A stretch of DNA of 64,000 nt from Nitrospinaceae bacterium. GTDB taxonomy: Bacteria > Nitrospinota > Nitrospinia > Nitrospinales > Nitrospinaceae. The DNA is taken from assembly GCA_965223665.1 (NCBI GenBank), contig OZ245011.1, forward strand, positions 2,528,001 through 2,592,000, given 5' to 3'. The notes under the pieces were generated by a model. That model did not search any database, was not told the origin of the DNA, and was given only the letters and a program-made list of their open reading frames with translations. The translations under genes and the position numbers were made by a program. Below, piece after piece: positions 42,101 to 49,806 of the stretch (positions within the stretch are counted from its first letter, which is position 1; the number at the start of each line of letters is the position of its first letter).

Positions 42101-44930
42101 TTTCCCACGAAACTTCGTTTTCTGTCCATTCCGCTTCCACTTCCAATATGTCATGGGCCACCGGAGAGTCATTAAACACATTAAATGAAACGTCCACAGC
42201 GGTTACAATAGCACCTGAAGGAATGGCCGATACATCCCATTTGGTAACAAATGTGAGTTCACCAAATTGGCCTGTATCTGGATCAACAGATACACCATCT
42301 CCCCAAAGTTCAGTATCGTCTCCTAAATTTTTATGTCGCGAAGTTTCAGTTAAAGTTGAATCCTCTGTCCCAAAATAAAAGGCACTTGGCTCCACCCCAT
42401 CCTGGAAACTGATCGTATTCACCAGAATGCTTTCCGGAACTTTAACCGTAACTTTTTGAGTGTCTGTTCCAGTATTGCCTGCCGCGTCCGTTGCGGTCCA
42501 GGTTACTATAGTCATTCCCAAAGGAAACCCACCTGCTGGCGCATCGTTACTGACTGTTGGAGATCCATTATCATCGACTGCAACTGCGGAACCAAGAGTC
42601 ACCGAAGTTTGATCCCCAGTAGCATCCACAATTACATCCTCCGGGGCAATGATTGATGGAGATATACTGTCCGCCCCAGTAGGTAATGTATAAGTCACCG
42701 ATATTCGAGGGCGTATATCGGTCTGTCTGGAAAAAAAGCGGATTGCATTCCACCAGTCGGGATGTTCGCCCGGTCCACCATTCTGCACTGCCAATCCGTT
42801 ATTTGTGATGGTCCCGTCCACCCAACCCTGAACTACACTGATGCCTGCGGCATTTAGCGGAACCGTGTTCAAAACAAACTTCTGTGGTGTGATGGTTCCC
42901 ATGATTGTGCCGCTTACATTGGTCAATCCGCCAAAGCTATTCCAGGTAGTTCCCATTTCCGTCCAGGAAGTTAAAATCTGGCGTAAATGATAAGACGTCT
43001 CACTGCGGTTAAATAAATCAAAATACACGGTGGCCGATTGAATCGTCGCATTCGATGGAATGGAGGATAAATCCCAGGAAACTAAAACAATTGCATCTCC
43101 CTGAATGGCGTTTTCAAAGAGACCATGAGAAACGAGTTCTCCCTTCGTCCCGTAATTCGTATCCGGTGCCCCTTCAAAAATATAAGTATCCCGGGTTCCA
43201 TTGTATCCGGAGTGGGGGTACGTCCCATCCTGAAAGTGTGCTGAGTAAACAGGTGGATCTACAAAACTCGGAGTAAAACTGAACTGGCTCCCAGGGGCTG
43301 GAATCGCCGTATTGGATTCGTGATCCTGAACGTTGGTCACTGTAAGGTTGTACGTCGTTGTGTTACTCAATTCTGAAGTCAGTAACCTCACGGTTCGATA
43401 ATCATCCAACAGTTCTGCAGCCGTAATGGTAGCTCCGTTATCTAATACATAGTTAGCAGAATTCTCGGCACTTACTTTTTCCAAAGGCTCCGAAAACTGT
43501 ACTTCTAATGTCAACGGATTCGGCGCATAGACAGAAAACATCTCCGGAGGAAACGTATTCAAATCATGAGTAATCGTAAACTGGTCTTCGATTTTACCCA
43601 GGGAATCAATAAAGATCGCTTCCAGACGATTCTCATACACATCCAATACCATGGAACCTAATTTGTTTAATGGAATATACATTGCCGGATGACGGATCAA
43701 TACCGAAGACAATTGCCCCGAACTTCCGGCCACGGCATAAACAGCGCCGTCATCCCCTACTTTCGTACCATCCGGATTTAAGGCTTTGGTATAGGCCCCA
43801 TCCGCCATATGCAGCGGTTCGGATTTACCATTCCCACTGTCTAAGGCATGAGTGCCCAGATTAAAAGTCGTCTGATCCCCATAATGTCCATTCAGAAAAT
43901 AAGACCGCTCATAAGAATGACTGTGACCCGACAACACTAAATCCACTCCATTGCTTTCCAGAATAGGAACAATGTTCTCACGCATTTCAATTAATATTTG
44001 CTCTAAATTGGAGTTATGAGAACCTCTTGAATAAGGAGGATGGTGCCAATACGCAATGATCCATTCCTTATCATTGGCCGCTAAATCACTCTGCAACCAG
44101 GTGATCATTGAGGAAGGTGCAACTCGGGGATGACCAAACGAATCCAAGACAATAAAGTGAATATTGCCGTAATCAAACGAATAATACGCCTCAGTTCCCG
44201 AGGCCACTCCACCGGCTTCTGCCGCTCGTGGTAACTGCCAGATATCAAAATAGGTCCCGGTTTCACTTCCCGAAGTGGCACTGCCAGCATCATGATTCCC
44301 AAACGTTGGCCACACTGATACATTCCTTAAAAATTCCGGATACATCAGGAAAACGCCATCGTGGTGGTCGCGATCGTCACCATCTTCATAGGCATTGTCT
44401 CCCAGCATCAACCAGATATCCGGATCACGGTCTTTTGTATAATTCTTAAATCGTTCACCCACCACTAAGGCACGGATGTCCCCAGTCCCGGAATCTCCTA
44501 CCGCCCAAATCCGAATCGGCTTTGCTGTCCCAGGGGTTGGGGGAGTTTTAAAGCTTCCATTGAGTTTGGTTTCTGTGGAAGGTGTGGTCGATGTTCCGAC
44601 TGCATAATAGTAACGGGTATCGGCCGTCAAACTGAGAGTCACTTCATATTCTCGCCAGTCCTCAGGACAATAACTACAAGACTTGGTCACTGCTGTCGCA
44701 TCGGTTACTACGGTGGTTAAACTTCCCGGAGACGTCCCAAAATGAATGCTGTCATTGAAATCCTCGGAAGCGGGAACGCGCCACTTCACAATTACGCTAT
44801 TGGGGGTAAGAGTTTGGAGGAAAGGACCCCAATCATTTATATCCGCAAAAGCTGTTTTCCCAAAAAACAAAAAACATAGAGTTATTGCAAAAAACCATTT
44901 ATGGTTTTTTGTAGTAACAAAACCGGCCAT
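39156..44930 (-). CDS. Secreted PAP-like metallophosphoesterase with 5 DNRLRE-like and 5 HYR domains (paralog C)
   Basis: N-terminal ~590 aa identical to paralog B; different C-terminal module order. Confidence 0.85.
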   Translation of the reverse strand: MAGFVTTKNHKWFFAITLCFLFFGKTAFADINDWGPFLQTLTPNSVIVKWRVPASEDFNDSIHFGTSPGSLTTVVTDATAVTKSCSYCPEDWREYEVTLSLTADTRYYYAVGTSTTPSTETKLNGSFKTPPTPGTAKPIRIWAVGDSGTGDIRALVVGERFKNYTKDRDPDIWLMLGDNAYEDGDDRDHHDGVFLMYPEFLRNVSVWPTFGNHDAGSATSGSETGTYFDIWQLPRAAEAGGVASGTEAYYSFDYGNIHFIVLDSFGHPRVAPSSMITWLQSDLAANDKEWIIAYWHHPPYSRGSHNSNLEQILIEMRENIVPILESNGVDLVLSGHSHSYERSYFLNGHYGDQTTFNLGTHALDSGNGKSEPLHMADGAYTKALNPDGTKVGDDGAVYAVAGSSGQLSSVLIRHPAMYIPLNKLGSMVLDVYENRLEAIFIDSLGKIEDQFTITHDLNTFPPEMFSVYAPNPLTLEVQFSEPLEKVSAENSANYVLDNGATITAAELLDDYRTVRLLTSELSNTTTYNLTVTNVQDHESNTAIPAPGSQFSFTPSFVDPPVYSAHFQDGTYPHSGYNGTRDTYIFEGAPDTNYGTKGELVSHGLFENAIQGDAIVLVSWDLSSIPSNATIQSATVYFDLFNRSETSYHLRQILTSWTEMGTTWNSFGGLTNVSGTIMGTITPQKFVLNTVPLNAAGISVVQGWVDGTITNNGLAVQNGGPGEHPDWWNAIRFFSRQTDIRPRISVTYTLPTGADSISPSIIAPEDVIVDATGDQTSVTLGSAVAVDDNGSPTVSNDAPAGGFPLGMTIVTWTATDAAGNTGTDTQKVTVKVPESILVNTISFQDGVEPSAFYFGTEDSTLTETSRHKNLGDDTELWGDGVSVDPDTGQFGELTFVTKWDVSAIPSGAIVTAVDVSFNVFNDSPVAHDILEVEAEWTENEVSWEIISHNTTVGSTIFGSIPPLTFNENVVTLNQAGIDLVQGWVDGTIPNGGFYIQTAGSNNGMGVHSSEATTATTRPKITISYTLLTGPDTEPPVVTAPADIVGFEATGPTTPVDIGTATATDNVGVTSLTNDAPAEFPLGTTTVTWTAMDAAGNSGTDTQDVTVVDTTAPTVTAPSDLTTTETTPNIGTGTANDLVDGAITPTNDSPGTFPLGTTIVTWSATDAAGNTGTDTQSVTVQEAPGGPVTVSFQEGVLPDAGYAGTQDSLLRQTSPDQNFGTDVQLLSDAVAPDPSNGLFGEVMSVVSWDLTSVPNTAVVSSASITMDFFDASSGPYNFLQALTPWNEGTVTWNSFGGGSANVGTDIIATIPGFSFNETEVNLTAEGLSLVQGWIDGSIANNGLVLKTGGSNNGVGANSSEATTNRPKITITYSIPTGGDTEPPVVTAPADIVTVSTGDLTPVSLGTGTANDNVDGPLVPTNDAPAGGFPVGTTVVTWSATDSSGNTGTDTQNVTVQIPVSGGVEAVSFQEGVEPNPAYVGVQDSYLRQTSPDQNVGTDVQLLSDAVAPDPSNGLFGEVMTVVNWDVSGIPTNATVQSVSITMDFFDASSGPYNFLQALTPWNEGTVTWNSFGGGSANVGTDIIATIPGFSFDETEVNLTAQGISLVQGWIDGSIPNNGLVLKTSGTNNGVGANSSEATTNRPKLNITFSTPSGGGDTIPPVVTAPADIVTVSTGDLTPVSLGTGTANDNVDGPLVPTNDAPAGGFPVGTTVVTWSATDSSGNTGTDIQLVTIQVPTVSGSNTTSFQDEVSPSIVYLGTQDALLRESSPDINDNDLELWADGVSPDPNNGLFGEVVSVISWDVSPIPTNAVVTSVSITIDLFNSSSGIHDFLQANASWSEDSVTWNSFGGTDSIGAIVLGTIDPFLFNEQEIVLNIDGTNLVQGWIDGSISNNGIVVRSAGTNDGIGWNSSEEVTGRPKLTVNYTMP

Positions 44931-45105
44931 TTTCCCCTCCAAATATACTTTCGCTCCTTAAAAGTATCTATAACCTTTTCAGGTAGTTAAATAGTAATGT
45001 GTGTGACCATACCTTATCAGGTTGGGTAGATATTGCAAAAATAAATTCGCCTGTTTGGCGGTTAAATTTAAAAGTTTCAATACCGTAACAAATCAGCAAT
45101 ATTTC
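43150..45105. repeat. About 1.96-kb direct repeat, copy 2
   Basis: Matches 37074-39029. Confidence 0.9.
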
Positions 45106-45360
45106 AAATTAAGAAAAAATAGATAATTAAATAGATTTAATAATTTAGGAAAATACGGTTGTTCCCAAAAAATCCCTTGATCCAACATTCTTAACTTTAA
45201 ACGTTAAACCAGAACCACCAATTTAGCTAAGGCCAAAAGGCTGAATTTATTAGTATGATAGAAATTTAAGTTCTTAAATAAGCTCTGACTTACTTAGAAA
45301 TAACCGAGTTGTGTGGTTGCTTTACAAAAAGCTTGAAACTGGAATCTGTATGATAGATCT

Positions 45361-45510
45361 ATGAAACAAAATTTCCAAGAACGCTTCAGCCTGGATGATA
45401 CTTCCGGCATTCTCTTTTATGATAACGAAAAGGAGAGGTTAGCCCTGGAAGAGGAAAATTATATAAATCCCGATTTCAAAGATTTTAGGACGTCACAGAT
45501 GTTTTTATGA
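45361..45510 (+). CDS. Possible 49-aa acidic small protein (MKQNFQERFSLDD...)
   Basis: Open frame ATG 45361 to TGA 45510; TATGAT lies 6 nt upstream, which would suit a leaderless mRNA. Confidence 0.3.
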   Translation: MKQNFQERFSLDDTSGILFYDNEKERLALEEENYINPDFKDFRTSQMFL

Positions 45511-45675
45511 AAAACTTATTTTTAAAGGCCATTAAAGAATTGGAGACCTTATTGTAGGATTAAAACAAATCTCCCTTTATACAAAGGGTAAAAAAAGGAG
45601 AATATTTTCTAGATAATTTTCTAATCTGAGATTAAGGAAATAAACTTTTTATATAGAATTGTTTTATTTTCTAAA

Positions 45676-45720
45676 GGCACGCCTGGCAGGACTCGAACCT
45701 GCGACCTACGGATTAGAAGT
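45676..45720 (-). mobile_element. att site: 3' fragment of tRNA-Arg(TCT)
   Basis: Reverse complement ACTTCTAATCCGTAGGTCGCAGGTTCGAGTCCTGCCAGGCGTGCC covers anticodon loop to acceptor stem. The 5' half of the tRNA is absent and an integrase is adjacent. Confidence 0.9.
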
Positions 45721-45892
45721 ACATCGAATACTTTAATTTCCTTTCCTTCCTTGATCTTCCCATAAGTTCCCAATATAATAATTTCAGCTATTTATAAACC
45801 TTATCGAGAAAATTGTTTTTCTTCGAAAGTAGAGATGGGAAGTATTGGGAATGCAAAAATGTGATAAAAATGTGATAAAAGTAGACCCGCGG

Positions 45893-47098
45893 ATGAATAA
45901 CAAATCGGTCCACTGGGTTGGGACTAAATATCCCGGGGTGCAATTCAGGGAACATGAGACTCGCAAATTTAAAAGGCGATTAGACCGCTCTATCATCATT
46001 CGCTATCGAAAACACGGAAAATTAGTGAATGAAACTGTTGGTTGGGAAACTGATGGTGCCACTTTAGAAGAAGCGGCGAAACTACGTGGACAAATCATTC
46101 AAAATATTCGCTTAGGTTCTGGATTTCAATCTTTAAAAGAAAAGCGAGAGTTGGAGCAAACCAAACGAAAGAAGAAAATCGAAGAAAAGAAATCTAAAGA
46201 AATAGAAAATATATCTTTCGAACAATTAGCTCAAAATTATCTAGACTGGGCCAGGTCCCATAAAAAAAGTTGGCGTGATGACTACTCCCGCTACCAATAT
46301 CATTTGGGTCCATCTTTAGGGAAACTAGTTGCGAAAAAGATTAAAGTTTTAGAATTAGAACGATTCAAGAAAAAATTGAATCACAAAGGTCTTGCTCCAG
46401 GAACCATTCGTCATTGTTTAGTCTTAATCCGGCAAATCTACAACCGTGCCTCGCGGATAGGATTATTTGATGGTCCAAATCCGATTAAGGAAACCTCTCA
46501 AATTGATCGCCATTTTTTAAAAACACCTGATAACCGACGCTTACGGTTTTTGAGTCGAGATGAAGCAGATTCCTTACTTACGGAACTGAAGCAAAGAAGT
46601 CCGCAAGTGTATAACATGACCTTACTTTCGTTGCATACGGGTATGCGAGCCGGTGAAATATTTGCGCTTACTTGGCAAGATATAGACTTGGCCCATAAAA
46701 TTATCACTATTCGAAATCCTAAGAACAATGAAAGTCGGCAAGCGTATATGACACCGCAGGTTTTTGAAATATTGGGGCAATTAAAAAATGCTAACTCTAA
46801 AAGACAACATCTGATCTTTAGTAATCGCAAGGGAAACCAAATTAAAGAGATTTCGAATGTGTTTTCAAAGATTGTGCAACAGCTTGGGTTAAATGACGGG
46901 GTAACAGATTTAAGAAGCAAACTGGTATTTCATTCGATCCGGCACACGTTTGCAAGCTGGTTGGCTCTTCAAGGAGAAACCTTATTAACGATAAAGGAAT
47001 TAATGGGTCATAAAGATATAAACATGACAATGCGTTATGCTCATTTAATTCCAGATCAAAAAAGAAATGCAGTAATTAAACTGGGGATAGGAGAATAG
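45893..47098 (+). CDS. int: Tyrosine integrase
   Basis: Catalytic residues in TGMRAGE, NPKN, FHSIRHTFAS, LMGH, TMRYAH. Start uncertain (45845, 45851 or 45893). Confidence 0.95.
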   Translation: MNNKSVHWVGTKYPGVQFREHETRKFKRRLDRSIIIRYRKHGKLVNETVGWETDGATLEEAAKLRGQIIQNIRLGSGFQSLKEKRELEQTKRKKKIEEKKSKEIENISFEQLAQNYLDWARSHKKSWRDDYSRYQYHLGPSLGKLVAKKIKVLELERFKKKLNHKGLAPGTIRHCLVLIRQIYNRASRIGLFDGPNPIKETSQIDRHFLKTPDNRRLRFLSRDEADSLLTELKQRSPQVYNMTLLSLHTGMRAGEIFALTWQDIDLAHKIITIRNPKNNESRQAYMTPQVFEILGQLKNANSKRQHLIFSNRKGNQIKEISNVFSKIVQQLGLNDGVTDLRSKLVFHSIRHTFASWLALQGETLLTIKELMGHKDINMTMRYAHLIPDQKRNAVIKLGIGE

Positions 47099-47105
47099 GA
47101 ATAAA

Positions 47106-48071
47106 ATGAATGAATTAATAAAGTATTTAGAAATTCATCCTTCCTTTAACCAAAATACAAAACCTGAGCAATTAGAGAAAATTTTGAGAGGTCCATGGTG
47201 TCCATTACTTGGAAGAATTCCAAAACTCGGGCTGCCATTAAATTCACCCGAAAACAGGTGTTTGTTTATAATAATTGAATCAAGAAAATTATGGGGGATC
47301 GACTTTGAGCCAACTTTTAATAGATGTGGAAAAAATCCCGACTGGCCGAAAAAGAATAGTATAAATTCTTACCCCGAAAAGGAATTTGCGGAGATTGTTT
47401 TAAAGACGGCGCGTGAAATTGATCGGTTGTCACCGTCGATAATGTTGAATTCTGAAATTCGAGATCCCAAGAAAGATTATCTTTTAATGGAAGATGGATC
47501 TTACGCTATTTCTAAGGGTATTGATCAGGTTCCAATTCATGAAATACGAATTGTTGCGAATTCTTTGTTACGTCCAAGCTATCAAAAATTTAAAGATCAA
47601 CAACTTTTGGCAAGTCTAGCTATTTACAGTGCTTGGCATGTTTTTGAATTTTTGATAAGAAAATTTTCAGATGTAGATATAACTGAAATACTTCCCAGGT
47701 TATACCGGGCGGAAGGTTTATTAAGAACAGCAAAAATAATAGAGGGTAATGAAAAAGCCGAAGATTCAATAAAGTTAGGATTCCAAAAAGGACAAAAAGA
47801 AGGAATCTCAGTCCAAAATAGATTAAATGCCAAGAAACCCAGAAGGCCTGATCCGTTAAATGAATTTATTTTAAATATCCTTAAAAAAAATAAAGGCAAT
47901 CTAAATTCAAATCAAATGTGGCAGATTATTAAAGCAAATGTAGGCGAAGACTGTATAGTGACTGTGACCGATTCGGTTATTGAGTATGAAGATAAAAATT
48001 CCAGGATAAACTCGTTAAAGAAAAAATCTTTCCCTCCTCGATTCCATAGAATAAAAAAATTGCTCTTTTAA
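47106..48071 (+). CDS. Hypothetical island protein
   Basis: 321-aa ORF 7 nt after int with an AGGA RBS; basic C-terminus. Confidence 0.65.
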   Translation: MNELIKYLEIHPSFNQNTKPEQLEKILRGPWCPLLGRIPKLGLPLNSPENRCLFIIIESRKLWGIDFEPTFNRCGKNPDWPKKNSINSYPEKEFAEIVLKTAREIDRLSPSIMLNSEIRDPKKDYLLMEDGSYAISKGIDQVPIHEIRIVANSLLRPSYQKFKDQQLLASLAIYSAWHVFEFLIRKFSDVDITEILPRLYRAEGLLRTAKIIEGNEKAEDSIKLGFQKGQKEGISVQNRLNAKKPRRPDPLNEFILNILKKNKGNLNSNQMWQIIKANVGEDCIVTVTDSVIEYEDKNSRINSLKKKSFPPRFHRIKKLLF

Positions 48072-48170
48072 AATTTCAAAAGCGCGCTTTTGAAATTTTA
48101 CCAATGTAAATTAACTATCAATTATTAACCCAATGGAAAAGTTGGGAACTTTACATTGGAAAGGAGAATT

Positions 48171-48383
48171 ATGAATAAAGAAATCAACCCTAAAATGATA
48201 GCCCGCACAAATGTTCACGAGTTATTCCCTGGTCTTTCCTCTAAATACTTAGCCAATTTGAAATCACTGGGGAAAGGTCCTCAACCTTATAAAGTGGGAC
48301 GAAGAATTTTCTACCTTGTATCCGACATTGAAGGGTTTATGAAGAAAAATCCTCTTCCTTTAAAAGCTGGAAACCCTATTTAA
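48171..48383 (+). CDS. AlpA/excisionase-like HTH DNA-binding protein
   Basis: GLSSKYLANLKSLGKGPQPYKVGRRIFYLVSDI matches the MerR-like HTH pattern of Xis/AlpA proteins; AGGAG RBS. Confidence 0.8.
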   Translation: MNKEINPKMIARTNVHELFPGLSSKYLANLKSLGKGPQPYKVGRRIFYLVSDIEGFMKKNPLPLKAGNPI

Positions 48384-48501
48384 ATTCTCAAATTGTTAAT
48401 TTAAGTCAATGCAGCAAATATTGAAAAATTTATTTTTTTACATAATTTTATACTGCCGTGAGAATAATACTTTCCAAAGGATTTAAAATCAAAGGTGAAT
48501 T

Positions 48502-49596
48502 ATGAAATGGTTTAAACATATGACCGATGCTCAAGATGATGAATTTATTGCCGAATTGGAATCTCAGTATCGTGGATTTGATGGTCCTGGTCGATGGTGG
48601 AGATTGTTAGAAATCATTGGCAAGCATGTGGACCAAACAGGGAAGTGTGAAGCCATCTATTCTGTTTCGCAATGGTGTCAAAAGTTAAAAGTGACGCGTT
48701 CAGGTCTGCTTAAGTTTACAAACTTGGTGGTAATTTGGGGCAAAGTGGAAACCAAAACTATTGATACAAGAATGCTAATAAGATGCCCTAAGTTACTAGA
48801 AATAAGAGATGAATATACAAGGAAATCCGGACAATCTCCTGATAAACTCCAACCAGAAACAGAAGCAAAAACAAATTTAAGAAATAATAAAAAAGAAAAG
48901 AGTGTAGAAAAGCCTTCACTCTCAATGACTGTGAAACAAAAATTTACAAATCTAAAGCAACTTGGTCCTCCCGCATCTTTAAATGGCAATGTATCTGATA
49001 TTGATAAATTCTTAAACCAAGCTCAACGTGTTCATACTAAGATCCGGGGACCAATGATCCTAAATCAAAAAAGGGACGTTAAGGTAGCGCATCGGTTAGT
49101 AAAGGAAATTCCAGACTTCAAACGGCTCAACCTACTCTGGACAATTTTTCTTAATCTAAATAATTCCTGGCTTAACACCAACCCTGGTAGGCGCTGTTTG
49201 AGCGTGTTCCCAAAGTTTTTAAATGATTGCCAAGCAGAAGTTAATCGTTTGTTTAAAGCCCGGGATTACCGAAAACAAAATAGCAGACGGGGAAACAAAA
49301 CAACGCCAAAATATGAACCCTTAACTAGAGATGATCAAATCACTTGGCAAACAGTTTTGAAAGAAGTTGAGTCTTCTAACTTGCCAGAGAATTACCAAAC
49401 CTGGTTTACCCCAATTTATCCCTTAGGCCGCAAGGGGAAAAAATTAATTATTGCAGTTCCTAACGAATATTTTTCACGTTGTTTATCTGAAAACTATTTA
49501 AAGAGGATTATGAAAATATTGAATGAACTGGATAGTACAATTGAAAATGTTGAATTTATGGCAAAACCTGAAGAAAACATGGGTGCATTCAATTAA
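48502..49596 (+). CDS. Phage-type replication initiator with a C-terminal DnaA domain I-like region
   Basis: N-terminal MKWFKH.TDA.DD...G.G.WW.LLE.I and PKLLEIRDEY (replisome-organiser-like); C-terminal WQTVL...YQTWFTP...LIIAVPNEY....SENY. Confidence 0.75.
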   Translation: MKWFKHMTDAQDDEFIAELESQYRGFDGPGRWWRLLEIIGKHVDQTGKCEAIYSVSQWCQKLKVTRSGLLKFTNLVVIWGKVETKTIDTRMLIRCPKLLEIRDEYTRKSGQSPDKLQPETEAKTNLRNNKKEKSVEKPSLSMTVKQKFTNLKQLGPPASLNGNVSDIDKFLNQAQRVHTKIRGPMILNQKRDVKVAHRLVKEIPDFKRLNLLWTIFLNLNNSWLNTNPGRRCLSVFPKFLNDCQAEVNRLFKARDYRKQNSRRGNKTTPKYEPLTRDDQITWQTVLKEVESSNLPENYQTWFTPIYPLGRKGKKLIIAVPNEYFSRCLSENYLKRIMKILNELDSTIENVEFMAKPEENMGAFN

Positions 49597-49632
49597 TGGT
49601 CAATTGATTTTTAGTTGATATCATTTTTATAG

Positions 49633-49730
49633 CTTACGGGTCCTTCCTAGGGGTCGTGCCTAACGGGTGCGCGGCAGCACTGGATATCGCTAGAGAACTG
49701 TCCAAAAAATGTTTTGACGTTTTGACGCTT
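49633..49730 (+). other. Lambda-like cos site (cosQ, cosN, possible cosB repeats)
   Basis: TTACGGGTCCT...AACG-GGTGCGCGGCAG-CACTGG-ATA-TCGCTA, then TTTTGACG x2; a GC-rich patch directly upstream of terS. Confidence 0.7.
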
Positions 49731-49806
49731 TAGAAAGTCTTTTAAACTGTTTTTGGATTCTCAAAACCTTTGTAACTCATTTCAAATAAAAGACTGAAAT
49801 ATTTTT

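Noticed and set aside
45676-45720. Intact or intron-split tRNA-Arg
   Set aside because: No D-arm or 5' acceptor strand nearby, and the break falls at the anticodon loop beside an integrase. This fits an att duplication better.
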